A stretch of DNA of 64,000 nt from Macrostomum lignano (taxonomy: Eukaryota). The stretch covers positions 108,964 to 172,963 of the forward strand of contig NIVC01002446.1 in NCBI GenBank assembly GCA_002269645.1, given 5' to 3'. The position numbers were made by a program, and so were the translations under genes. Below are positions 44,424-57,187 of this stretch, piece by piece. Under the pieces are notes generated by a model. That model saw only the letters and a program-made list of their open reading frames with translations. It searched no databases and was not told where the DNA came from. Numbering within the stretch: position 1 is the stretch's first letter; every line of letters begins with the position of its first letter.

Positions 44424-47400
44424 AAATTCCTAAGTGGAATTAAGAATTGAGCTGTGGCGTAGCCAAGCGGGGTCATTAGGGGTCATGATTCTTCCCTTAG
44501 ACGACCGACGACCACTAAAGTTTTAATCTTTACAATAGTCGAAAATAGGTGATAGGAACATGACATTCGCTAAATTGAGTATTTTAGTGACTGGGATCCG
44601 TGCCGCCTGATTATGTTAAAATGACATTGACTATGGGTGTTGCGGCTGCAGTGCCAAAAGTACAGCCCTAGAAATGCCAGGCTAAAAAAGTACAACAAAG
44701 CAGTAAGCTGAGATGTTTTCGTGATTTCGAAGACAACTGCATACAACTGCAAAATGTCAAGCAACGTGCGTGTTTATATGCAAGGTTCGTATATAACGCT
44801 GCGAGAATCTGCTTGCGTTCGACCAGTCTGACTAACCCACAAATTATATTACTTAGATGGGCCACTCTAGTCGCCTGGCTGCAGCGCGAAAACCCCAGGA
44901 TTTTGACCATAGACTATAGCTTCTGCTGTTCTAAAGCATTAGCAACAGCAGCTGGTGTCTGTGGCCCAAAACTCTGGGTTTTCGGGTCTCGGGGACGGCC
45001 GCTAAATACAATAGCGAATGCTGGAGTGACACATCTACGATCGTAGGTAATATAGAATCTGTGGACTCACCCTTGTACCCTTGGCCTAATTGTACATGCA
45101 CGTAGTCTGCCAACGTTATTCAATCATCACAGCGATGAACAATGCGACTTTGGAGACAAAGCCAAAGCAGCAACCGCGAGGGGTGACATTCGTTGCCAAA
45201 GCGCGGAAATGTATTATTCAGAAATGATTGTCTGGCGAAATATGAGCTCCCTGCTCTTATTGACTTCCGTTGGTTCAATTGTATTCTTTGTTCCTGGCTC
45301 AACATGAGCCATCTTCTCCGAATGGGATAGAGTGGATCAATAGGAATGAAAAGGCAAGAAGTGGAGATGAGACAATTACAGTGGCAATAGCTATTGGAAA
45401 ATAATAGTGCAAATGGGAGAGAAAGTTAGGAAAGCCTATTCTTGACTTCAATTCCATCCAAAGTCGCTGAAGTTTGTCGATACGCCTGCTAAACAATCGA
45501 CCTATGCGAGCGATGACGCCCACGCAGGAATGTAGAACTATGTTTTTGCTGTGTATGGAAATTCAGTTGGCATTTTTTTACCTGCATCTTGGGTTACCGC
45601 TTCGTGTTGCATAGCGAGCGACAGTGGTAAGGGGGCTATAGCAGCTGCCAGTTGGATATAAAGGGTTTCTAACCTGTTTTCTAAGATGACTGCATTTAGC
45701 ATTCAGTGCATTTTTATTTCGAGTAGCTATACTAAATTCCACACCAATGCCTGCTGTGTTTTTACCAAATTCGCAAAAAAGTCTTTATCAAAAAATTGAA
45801 CTCGTGATTCACTAGCCTTTGAACTTGAAGAAAAACAAAAAATCCATGGGGTGCCTTAGAGCATCCGTCCAAAGTATCGGCTCTTGAGCACGAAAGCAGT
45901 CCAGATAAGGCGCCGCTTTGAGATTAATAAAGCTTTGGAAGTAGCAAGCACTAAAGGAAAGTATTGCACTGGCATTGAAGAAACCGGTGCAAACTAGTTT
46001 TTCGAGCTGTTAGTGTCAACATTTTGTTGATAAAAATTTCTGCCCAAATTCCAATCTTTTTGGTGCAGAATTTGGACAAAAAGTAATGGACTGATTAAGA
46101 TGCGCGGGGGCGACGCTAGAACTTTATTGATACAGTTGTTCGTGCTTCGTGTTTGCCTGTCAGGGCGCGTACACAATACTCCGTGGCCTTAACAGTTTAC
46201 GGGGGATTTTCTTCCCGCAGCTGCTCAAAAACGTTCAACAGACTAGTCTTTCTGTAGGTGTGCAGATCCCACCAGTGATGCTGTAGCTAATTTAATCAGG
46301 TCAGCACTGGAGCACACAGTTTTTTTATATTAGCGTACTCCAAATAACAAACAGAGAAACTAACAGTAGACAGCACTCAAAGCGTACCAGCTTTAGAAGC
46401 CAATAAGCGTATACGCTTATCTGCAGCGCGCTCTCTGCTTTGCAAATTGAGAATGGGCCAACTCAGGAGACAATAGAGGACAGCTATTTTGTGCAGTTGT
46501 GGCCGAGAGTCGAAATCCATTGCATATGATTGCACCGTCTGAACTCACTAAGAAGCAGAATGTCCCACCTCTAGTCCATATACGACCACAACCCGAAGAA
46601 ATGAATTCACCCCAATGACTGATCTCACATTAAAAAAGCAGAGAAAGTCCAAGCTCCAAATTTATTCCTTCATGTGAATGTAAAATGGACACAGCGTCCA
46701 AACAAATGAACAAGGTCACTGACCAAAGTCGTGCTGATTGAAGGGTTTGAATTCTTGCCTTGAGAAGCAGCTGTGGACCAGTCTTAAAGTTGAGTTATGG
46801 GGACAGCGACACTGTATTCCCTGCAGGTGTACACCTTACTGGAGCGATGCTAAAGTTCACAATCAGGAATTCGATGGAGGTGTTATGAGCCAATTAATCC
46901 AGAAGTACAAGTGTTTTGAAAGTGCACCCAAATTTCATGAGTGTCTCAAGGGCCACTTTAACGCGATAAAATGTTGAGACAGTGCAGAATTAAGAAGTTA
47001 ATTCAAAGGATAAGATTCCGACTAAAATTGCCTATGGCGCCCTTCTGGCTCTCAAAGAGAGTTCGCCTATCGTAACTTATCTGTGAGCACGAGACTAAAT
47101 TATTTTGCTGGCAAGGCATAGCAGCTGCCCCCGAGGCACAACAAGACTCACACTTCGTTGCAGAATCTAAAGCGCGTCCACTTGAGCCTTGCAGCCCCTC
47201 CTCTTTAGCGTCCACCCACACAAAAGATAGTCAAGTGCATTGCGGGAGACTGCAGTAGCTGCACAATAGCATTCTGGCTGGTAGCATCTTGAGAACGGCG
47301 CCAAACATTCTTATTGTAAGCGCCGAGTCGGCGATGCATTGCTGGCACATACGCTCGTATCTAAAGCCCGTTTTATACCCGCTTAGCTTTGGAGTGACCG

Positions 47401-48607
47401 ACTTTTCCATTTGGTTGGGGCCGCGAGAAGGGTTTTGAAGTGTATATACGACGGCAGATTCAGCTAGGCTAGGTGCACACAGAGAGCCGAAAGAGGGTGA
47501 CGCAGGGCTGGCTGACTGACAGCTGCTATACAAATTCACACAAAAACGCCCGCCGCTCCTGTTCACAAACCCGTTCTCTTCGCGCAAGGCTTCAAGGGAG
47601 GGGGGTTATTCTACGCTTCGGGTTAGCGTGGCTGCTCCAAAGTGGAAGGTACATTGTAGATGTAGACGGCTGGATACGACTCTCGAGAGAAGGGGGAAGA
47701 ACATAAGACATCATTGTTGCGGATAGTAACTAAGTAAACAAAGTGGCATGTCCTTCATGAGTACTCCAATGCTCAAAAATTACTCCAGGAGCTAAAACAT
47801 TAGAGCAGCCCTACAAACTTGTGATGATGATACCCATTTTCTGGGATTCTGTTAAGAATCAAGTAGTGTCGGTTTAGATAACCAGGACTGTAATGCTCAT
47901 TATTAAAAAATTATGATAAACCATTAGCAAAAAAGCTACTGTAAGTAGTTTAATATTGAAAATTACGAGACTTTTCCACGGACAGTGAAAGCTCGTACCA
48001 AAAAGTGCCAGTTAGGAAGTTCAACAAGATTTCTAAGGATGGTGGGTCAGTAGTAAAGAAGTCAGTTCTAGGTGTTGTCAGAAAATATCAACTCAAAGTG
48101 AACTCAAGTTCTGTAGATGTGTGAAAGTAGCAATGATCGGAAGCGTTTGAACGCAGCATTAATGTTAGAAGGAACTGTAATATAAGCAAACAGTTGCGCA
48201 GGAAATGTATTTGCAAACGGACGTAACTGACTGACGCCTTATGAAACCATTCCAGAGCAGATGAAAGTAATCAAAAATAACTATGATTGGTATCTATGAA
48301 AACTAAATAATTCGAACGCAAGGCAAGTGGCACGCCTGAAAACACGCTTGAAAACAGTTAGATTGATGAATTGATATCAGCACAATATACAGAACTAATC
48401 AAATCAAATGTTCATAGCGCTACTAGAAACTGCTATTTCAGAAACAGAATGCACAGGTGAAAAAAGTTGCCACCAAAGGAGGCATGTCATCCTAGCGACA
48501 TCTGAGATCGTTGGGAAACTACTGGATATTATAGGAAAAAACTGATTGTACTCATAACCACTTGAATGCGTCCGCTAATCCTCCTATTAGTTTAGTATTT
48601 CAGTACC

Positions 48608-49316
48608 GATAGACTACCTAATGTATTTCAGAAGATTACTTAAGATCTTTAAGTAGATTACCTAATGTATTTCAGTGGATTACCTAAGATCTTTCAGTAG
48701 ATTACCTAAGGTATTTCAGTGGATTACCTAAGGTATTTCAGTGGATTACCTAAGGTATTTCAGTGGATTACCAAAGATCTTTCAGTAGATTACCTAAGGT
48801 ATTTCAGTGGATTACCTAAGGTATTTCAGTGGATTACCTAAGATCTTTCAGTAGATTACCTAAGGTATTTCAGTAGATTACCTAAGATCTTTCAGTATAT
48901 TACCTAAGGTATTTCAGTAGATTACCTAAGGTATTTCAGTAGATTACCTAAGATCTTTCAGTAGATTACCTAAGGTATTTCAGTAGATTACCTAAGATCT
49001 TTCAGTAGATTACCTAAGGTATTTCAGTAAATTACCTAAGGTATTTCAGTAGATTACCTAAGGTATTTCAGTAGATTACTTAGGTATTTCAGTAGATTAC
49101 CTAAGGTATTTCAGTAGATTACCTAAGATATTTCAGTAGATTACCTAATGTATTTTAGTAGATTACCTAAGGTATTTTAGTAGATTACCTAAGATCTTTC
49201 AGTAGATTACCTAAGGATTTCAGTAGATTACCTAAGGTATTTCAGTAGATTACCTAAGATATTTCAGTAGATTACCTAAGGTATTTTAGTAGATTACCTA
49301 AGATCTTTCAGTAGAT
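48608..49316 (+). repeat. 22-bp minisatellite (TTCAGTAGATTACCTAAGGTAT), about 32 copies, just downstream of HIBCH
   Basis: Directly visible, with two unit variants (AAGGTATTTC / AAGATCTTTC). A degenerate relative lies at about 50040-50345 in HIBCH intron 3. Confidence 0.95.
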
Positions 49317-49448
49317 CACACCAATGTTCTCAGGCAATGAGCAGGGCACTTAGGTCCCTCACGGTTCATTGCGCATGTTACTTAAGTCTACTCCCCCCCC
49401 CCCGACCAATCAAACAGTAAGCAGTGCACAATGCCCTATGGGTCCAGC

Positions 49449-52400
49449 CTAGACCCGCTTAGTGTCCAACTGCAGCTCTCTGTCCGGTGGCAGCGGAGCA
49501 AAATACTCGTCCACAGCTTCGTCCGAGACTTCTTCAACGCTGGCCGGCCGCCAGACGGGCTGTCTGCGCTCGACCAGGGCGGCGCGGACTCCTTCAACAA
49601 AGTCGTGATTAGTCATGAATCGCTGGGAAATTCGGTACTCCATTTTGAGCACGCCGGCTAGATTAAGATGCATGCCAAGGCGCAGCTGGCGCAGGGTGAC
49701 GCGCAGCGAAGTTGGCGACATTTTGCGCAGAGTCTCCAGCTGGGCTGCCGCCCAGCTAGACGGGTCCGAGCTCAGACTGGCCACCACCTGCGGCATTGTG
49801 TCGTGCCGAAAGTGCCGCTCAATGTCGGCCATGTGGCGGTTCAGGCTGAACGGCACTCGCATGTCCAGGCTGCTGCAGGCCTCGAACTGTTGCAGCAGCT
49901 CGGAGAGGCGCGACACGGTGCCTGGGAATCGGGAGAGAGAGGGTTCGAGTGCCCAATACTCTCAAGGTCTGATTATTCAATACATTGCTACTTGCTAGAC
50001 AACGGATCTCATCTTTTCAGGCCGTTTAATAGATCACATCGTGCACACCAAGCCTTGAAGTAGATCCAAAGATCCCCTCAGGCCATTCAGTGTATCCTTT
50101 CAGGTCTCTAGCATATCCCATTAGGTTCTTTAACAATTTCCTCAGGTCCTTGAGTAGATTTCTTAGGGTTTTGAGTAGATTTCTCAGGTCCTTAAGTAGA
50201 TTTCTAAGGTTCCTCGAGTATAGATTTCTCAAGGATTTGAGTAGATTTCAAAGGTCCTAGAAAATACTCCTCAGGAACCTTCAATAGATCCTTCAAGACA
50301 TTGAATAAATCCCTTAGGTTCTTGAGTAGATCCGTCAGGGCCTTGAGTTAATCCCATCATTTAATCCCCTCAGTTAATCAAGTACATTTTCACACAGTAC
50401 ACATTACATAAAACGACTCGTTGAAACCCAAATAAGATTGTTGTTTATACCCAAAAAATCCTACAAAAAGAAAGGTCAGCAAAGAAAGACCTTATATGTT
50501 ACAAAAGAATACAGTGAACTAGACTGCAATTCAGAGCAAAAAAATCTTTAAGACGCCATCTGGTTTCAAGCGTCACGAAAAGCAATTAGCCGGGTCGGCC
50601 AGCAGACAGCTAACGGGGTTGAGATTAAAACAAATTTCAACAGTTACATCCGAGGAAAAAAAGCGAACTGTGATGATTTTTATTTTTGTGAAAATTTGCC
50701 TAAAAAGTCTTTAATCTGCAAGACTGACTACTTAGTAAGTAAAGTAACAAGAAAATTGAAGCGAAAAAACAACTATGAGCGAGTTTCTGAACAACTCACT
50801 AGTGACCAGCGACTCTGGATGACATTTTAACGAATCAAACGACTCTAATGCGACAGAGGCAAACTGCAGAGTCACGAGCGCATCATGTTAAGTGCAGTCG
50901 TTGTGTCACTGTTTTTATCGGTGCTGAGTTTTTATCGTTAATGCTCTCGTCATCAGCCAACCCTGCGAGATAGGACTTCACATTTCTGCACCTCGTTATA
51001 AAAACATTCGCTTTATAAACGCTTTCCTTGCTACTAATCAGTACAAAGCTACTAATCAGCTACTCAGCCCAGCGTCACTCACCGAAGGAGTCCTCCTTCG
51101 TCAGCCACTCGCCTCCGCAGAGCCGCTCCTCCAGCTCAGCCAACTGCTCAGAGTTCACAAAGTGCGACGCGATGCCGCACTTCTTCACGTCCTCGCCAGA
51201 CAGACGGTGCCCAGTCAGCGCCAGGTACACGCCAATTTGGGCGTGCAATCGGGGCAGGAAGAAGCCGCCACCGACGTCCGGGAAGAAGCCAATGTTGGTC
51301 TCAGGCATGGCGAACACCTGGGCGATGCGGGTGTGCCATTTGCTGAGTCAGTGACAGATACTAACCCCACCCACATCTGAGTCAGTGACGGATACTAACC
51401 CCACCCACATCTGAGTCAGTGACGGATACTAACCCCACCCACATCTGAGTCAGTGACGGATACTAACCCCACCCACATCTGAGTCAGTGACGGATACTAA
51501 CCCCACCCACATCTGAGTCAGTGACGGATACTAACCCCACCCACACCTCAGTCAGTGACGGATACTAACCCCACCCACATCTGAGTCAGTGACGGATACT
51601 AACCCCACCCACATCTGAGTCAGTGACGGATACTAACCCCACCCACATCTGAGTCAGTGACGGATACTAACCCCACCCACATCTGAGTCAGTGACGGATA
51701 CTAACCCCACCCACACCTCAGTCAGTGACGGATACTAACCCCACCCACATCTGAGTCAGTGACGGATACTAACCCCACCCACACCTCAGTCAGTGACGGA
51801 TACTAACCCCACCCACATCTGAGTCAGTGACGGATACTAACCCCACCCACACCTCAGTCAGTGACGGATACTAACCCCACCCACATCTGAGTCAGTGACG
51901 GATACTAACCCCACCCACATCTGAGTCAGTGACGGATACTAACCCCACCCACATCTGAGTCAGTGACGGATACTAACCCCACCCACATCTGAGTCAGTGA
52001 CGGATACTAACCCCACCCACACCTCAGTCAGTGACGGATACTAACCCCACCCACATCTGAGTCAGTGACGGATACTAACCCCACCCACACCTCAGTCAGT
52101 GACGGATACTAACCCCACCCACATCTGAGTCAGTGACGGATACTAACCCCACCCACACCTCAGTCAGTGACGGATACTAACCCCACCCACATCTGAGTCA
52201 GTGACGGATACTAACCCCACCCACATCTGAGTCAGTGACGGATACTAACCCCACCCACATCTGAGTCAGTGACGGATACTAACCCACCCACACCTCAGTC
52301 AGTGACGGATACTAACCCCACCCACATCTGAGTCAGTGACGGATACTAACCCCACCCACATCTGAGTCAGTGACGGATACTAACCTCACCCACACCTAGA

Positions 52401-53192
52401 TGCTAAATTTCAAACTTAATGGAATTTCCTCATAAAAAAGTTGGTCAGCCTTGGCTCTCACAGTTCGTTCAGTAGCCACCCGGTAGTCACCGTGAACTGA
52501 TAGGCCCACGCCGCCGCCCATTGTGATGCCGTCAATGAAGGCAACGTAAGGCTTCTTATATGTGCCAATAGCGTGGTTCAGCGCGTACTCTTCTCTAAAG
52601 AAGTCGCGCGACAGGCTGCCGCCGGCTCGACCGGATCCGGCGCCAGTTTCGGCGCTTCTGGCGCTGACGCAGTCGTCAGCTATAGCGCGAATGTCGCCGC
52701 CGGCGCAGAAAGCCTTGAGAATTTTTTTAAGGGGATTTCTGCGTTGTAGGGGATCTGTAACCCTACAGAGAGTGTACATGCCCGATGATTAGACAGTCAG
52801 GGCTGCTGTTCACCCTGTGTGAGCCTGTGCATGAGTGCCTGCCTGCGTACAGTATTGGCGCCGAAAGCTGATATAGGAGCTAGTGCATTGGAGAAGATAT
52901 TAAAACATACCTTGCCACTGCCGGGCGCAGGCTTAATGAGCACCACAGCGACCTCGGGGTCGGCCTCCCAATCCAGAAGTCGCGGGTGCATCGCCCGCAC
53001 CATCGGCAGGCTCAGCGCATTCAATGCCTTCGGCCTGTTGAGCTCAATAACACCTGCGCAGCCGCGCCTGCTCAGCACAATATCCGGGTCATTCCCAGCC
53101 GAGGATGTCGAACAAAACATTGCTGGCAGGAGGCAACCAGGATGCTGCCTCGCCGCCAACTGAGGCAATTTTCGAAGCAAACAGAGAGCCAT
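49449..53192 (-). CDS. HIBCH: 3-hydroxyisobutyryl-CoA hydrolase, mitochondrial; exons 53192-52911, 52713-52462, 51317-51083, 49921-49449 (about 413 aa)
   Basis: Motifs [81 protein letters not shown] and [13 protein letters not shown]...[15 protein letters not shown] introns join in frame (phases 0, 0, 1). Confidence 0.96.
51345..52397 (+). repeat. 34-bp intronic minisatellite (CTGAGTCAGTGACGGATACTAACCCCACCCACAT), about 31 copies
   Basis: Fills nearly all of HIBCH intron 2, with two interspersed variants (CACATCTGAG / CACACCTCAG). Confidence 0.97.
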
Positions 53193-53698
53193 AACCAGCA
53201 CAGGGTTGATAAACTGCTAGTTGCATGAGTTTTTTTTAAATTGCTATTTATTTATCAATATGCCAATTTGTTATGCTCATATTTATGCTAGCTAGGATAT
53301 TAGCAATCATCCTATAGCATTAGTCAAAAACTATAAATTGATTTATAATCTTCTAAATTGTTTCATTATATATAGGACCTATATATGCAAATGCAAATCT
53401 TAATATATTGCAATTGTTACAGGACAAGCAATGCACAACTAATATCAGGTGTAAATTTGTCCAGTATGCCTTAAATTTTATTCTAGGACGCTAGGTGTCC
53501 TATAAAGAGCCAAAGGTGTTATGTCTGAGACTAAAGTTATCTATGGCCATAGCTTGTGCAACATTCTAAATGTTATAGAGTATTGAAGCTTGCAGCACCA
53601 AACCTTTCAAGCGTAGTTGTAACAATTAATTTGGCCACTTGCCATAAAATAAAACATTTGATTTCTAACCTTACATTTGAGATCTTTGAGACTCAACA

Positions 53699-55110
53699 TT
53701 GGCAACGAGGATGTCTAAAACCATTGAAGCCTTCAACATGGCACCCCCAAAAGAGCAGGAGCCTTATTTCAAAAGGTTTGAGCAAGCATTGATTGCTTAA
53801 GACATCAAGATAGATAAGCTGAAGCATGCAAATCTGCTGAATTCAATTGGATCAGAAACCTACCAACTTCTCAGGGACTTGCTGGCACTAAAGAAGCCTA
53901 GTGAGGTTGCATTCCAAGATCTAAAGATTGCTTTAGAAGACTACTTTTCACTTGCACCTCTTATGATAGCTCAACACTTTCATTTTCACCAATGCAAGCA
54001 GAATGAAGGGGAGAGCATGGCCAACTTTCTAGCCAACTTATGGAAGCTATCAGAAAACTGCAAATTTGGCATCTATCTGAACAAGCTTTGGGATAGGTTT
54101 GTATACAGATTGGCCAATATTCAAATCTAAAAATAGCTACTATAAGAGAAAGAAACAGACTGCACATTGCAAGCACTTTTTCAATTAGCACAAACACTAG
54201 AGGCAAGATATGTCTCTTAAACTCAAGGCAGAAAATCACATGCAAGCAAGACAATAAGGCTAAATATCATTGTTGAAATAAAGACAACTGCATAAGTAAA
54301 CCTAGTGCAAGTTCAAATTAGCTACTTGCCACGTGTCATAAAGTTAGATATATAGCCACTGCTTATTGCTTAGCTAGAACTTCTTGCAGTGGACATAGCA
54401 CTAAGGTATATTCAAAGGGGTCTAGAAAATCCTATCTACTAGAAGAAGATGCTTTTATAAATCTGAATAGGGCCTACAAGAGTTATTAAAGTTTGTTCAT
54501 TTATCAACATTAATGGATCAATCAAACATCAATCAAAGATAAGCCTCTATAGTTCTATAGGACCTAGTTTTCTTCTGAGCCTCTATAGACTATAAGTTGG
54601 ACTGCAAATTAACAATAAACCAACTGTTTTAGAGTTTGACACTAGTAGTACTATTAGAATGATCTTAACTGTAAATAGACATGGTTAAGGCTAAACAAAT
54701 TTCTATAGACAGGTGTGCAACTATCATTTCCGATAATATGATAGAAAATCTATTCCGATTTAGGCAGTAGGGAGAAAGATAGATACCTATAGAGTTAAAG
54801 AATTGCAAACAAAAACTATGCATACTTATTACCAAGGGGAATAGTTTAGATTTGCAGTTCTTTGCAGTAGATGTGTTCATTGCTTATTGATGTCATATCT
54901 CTATTAAGGAATGTGAGAAAGATTTTAGTCTGTTTCACCAAATGATAATAATTTAAAAACATTTTGGAGAAGTACAAGGATATGTACATAACTTTGCTCA
55001 AATGCATAAAGAAGCTGACTGCTCATCTTTTTATCAGGGAAGAGGCACAATCCAAGTTTATGCAAGTAAGACCTATACCATTTGCCCTGAAGGACAAAAT
55101 CAAAGATGCT
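53699..55110 (+). mobile_element. Decayed Ty3/Gypsy (Mag-like) LTR retrotransposon: PBS, gag and a pol remnant
   Basis: ...CAACA|TTGGCAACGAGG|ATG resembles an LTR end plus a TGGCGACGAGG-type PBS. The gag reading ANLLNSIGSETYQLLRDLL...KPSE...EDYFSLAPLMIAQHFHFHQCKQNEGESMANFLANLWKLSENCKFG...WDRFV has internal stops. The remnant FMQVRPIPFALKDKIKDAL near 55050-55110 resembles the RT N-terminus. Confidence 0.8.
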
Positions 55111-55677
55111 CTAATCTAGGACTAGGACTAGAAGAAATGTAGCACAATGGAGTATAATAGAACCTAATATTAAAATAAAAATTGAATGTGTTCACTGCAT
55201 ATTGATAAAATAAAGTAAAGTAAAATGTTGTAGGGCTACTTTTCTATTTCCTATTATTGAATATCCTAAAGCTGACACCAAAGTTGATGTAGGGATGAGC
55301 TTCTCTCTATTGGTTAATGTACTTTTGTATCAAAGTTCTAATACTTATTGATAGCGTGCCTACTTCTCTATCTACTTCTAGATTGGTAGCATCTACTTAT
55401 CTTATTGGTAGTGTCTATATATGTACTACACTCTTTGACCTGAGCAGTCTAATGGCACTGTCTACTCTATTTACTCCTATAAGTTTTCTCTCAGTCCTGG
55501 GCATCCTCTGGATTAGAGGGTCATAGCCTTATGCATTTTCCCTGCCCTGAGGCGATTCTCACTTTTAGTGGTTTCTGATACTCCCAATGAGGGGCTTGAT
55601 ACTCTAGAAAATGAGTAAGGCTTTTTGAATATTGCAATCTAGTGATTTAATATAGGAACAAGTATATTCAGAGCAAG

Positions 55678-57187
55678 GGCAATAGTGCAATTTTGTTCGC
55701 AAAATTATTTTTCATTTAAATTTGAAAGTTCAAAAGCAGAAAACAATAACAACAATAAAAATTGATGTTTTAAACCATTCTAACAATTTTGGCAGAGTTT
55801 TTAGCTCCCTGGTTGCCAAACTTTCCAACTTGTCATTGTGTTCTAGTGGCGGATACAGAGCTTATCACTGGGCACTGTAGTAGTGGTGAATCCAGAAAAG
55901 CATGTTTCCGAAAGCTCTGTTTGCTCTGAACAGTTGGCGCCACATAAACTCCTGGATGTGGCTCTCGAAGAGGGCATCGCTTGTTCCATGCATGGCCCTG
56001 AATTTGGCCTTGCAATGTGCCCACGTTCCCTCAATTGTGTTGGTGTAGAGAGTTGCATCATTTGGGTCCACAAAATGGAGTCGATGGTTCACGACACCAT
56101 GGTTTCCGTGGCCACTAACTACATTCGCCATGTGGGTGTAGGCTTGCCAACCATCAGTCAAGATCCATGTGTCAGGCAGGACAAACTGCTGGATTATAGG
56201 AAGCAGTGTCTGAGCAGACCTGTTAGGCACAACAACTATCACACACTTGGGGCTACCCCTTTCTACCATGCCAAGGACTCAATGACCCTCACAATATGCA
56301 CCTTGCTGGTATTTGCAATGAAAAAATTTGCTTTCATCGATTTCAACAGTAGTGCCAGGTCCACCAAGTTGCATCGGGTGGTCAATGAAGTACTGGCAGC
56401 AAATGTCCCTGACAAAATTGAGCTAGTCCACAGCCATATGATCGCTAATGTGACACTCGTGCATCATGGCCATCTTGGTCTCATTCCTGGCCCAGCAGTA
56501 CAGCAAGGTGACAAGCTGCTGCAGTGTCAGGTGACTATTCTCAAAGAAAGAGTCCTTCCTGATGCTTTGCTGACTGCGGCAAGTCTTGCAGTCTTGCAGT
56601 CCCAGGCCCAGCTATCTACGAAGCGATCACCAGCTCGACGCTGCAGGTTCATGGGGGTCTGGGCTGGATAGGAGCATGTACGTTGGTTGCTGATAAGCAC
56701 AACCTTGGCCATCCAGCGCATTGTATCCTCCGGCGTTGCCGTGGCAGCCATCAGGTCGCACGCATTTAGCTCTAGTTGCAGTAGAGCATTTGCTGGCAAG
56801 TGGCAGCACTTCATTCGGCGGAATTATCCACGAGGGTCTTGGTGGTTGTCCAGCCATGATACAATATGTTGTCCAAAAGAAAAAGTAAATATTAGCAGCT
56901 TCTCAGCTAAAGGGAAACAGTTCAAGCCCCCCCCCACTTGAGCCCCTTTCAATTTTTTAAACTATTTTTTTCCATTGACAACTTGCATTTTAAGTAGCAT
57001 TTGAGCATAGCACAGATTTAATGAAAAAAGTATATTAATAGAGCGCCCATTTGCTTTAAAGTTCCGTGACCAGTGAGCACTGGCACAGTCGCTAGAATGG
57101 TTTAAAACATTGTTGTTATTGTTTTCTGCTTTTGAACTTTCAAATTTAAAAGAAAATTAATTTTGCAAATGAAACTGCACTATTGCC
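55678..57187 (-). mobile_element. Full-length (1510 bp) Merlin DNA transposon with frameshifted ISXO2-like DDE transposase
   Basis: TIRs of about 100 bp (GGCAATAGTGCA...TGCACTATTGCC) with a perfect 8-bp TSD AGAGCAAG (55670-55677 / 57188-57195). The minus ORF pieces include MVERGSPKCVIVVVPNRSAQTLLPIIQQFVLPDTWILTDGWQAY...VNHRLHFVDP...YTNTIEGTW...EFMWR. Confidence 0.93.

Noticed and set aside
45100-47600. Scattered minus-strand peptide-like stretches suggesting a decayed membrane-protein gene
   Set aside because: Could not be joined into a consistent exon chain or assigned to a family.
42757-52397. CRISPR-like appearance of the regular arrays (78, 22 and 34 bp)
   Set aside because: Units are contiguous with no unique spacers, there are no cas genes, and the context is eukaryotic with introns.
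55678-57187. Bacterial IS1595 element or contamination
   Set aside because: Long TIRs, an 8-bp TSD in eukaryotic repeat DNA and a related local derivative fit eukaryotic Merlin.
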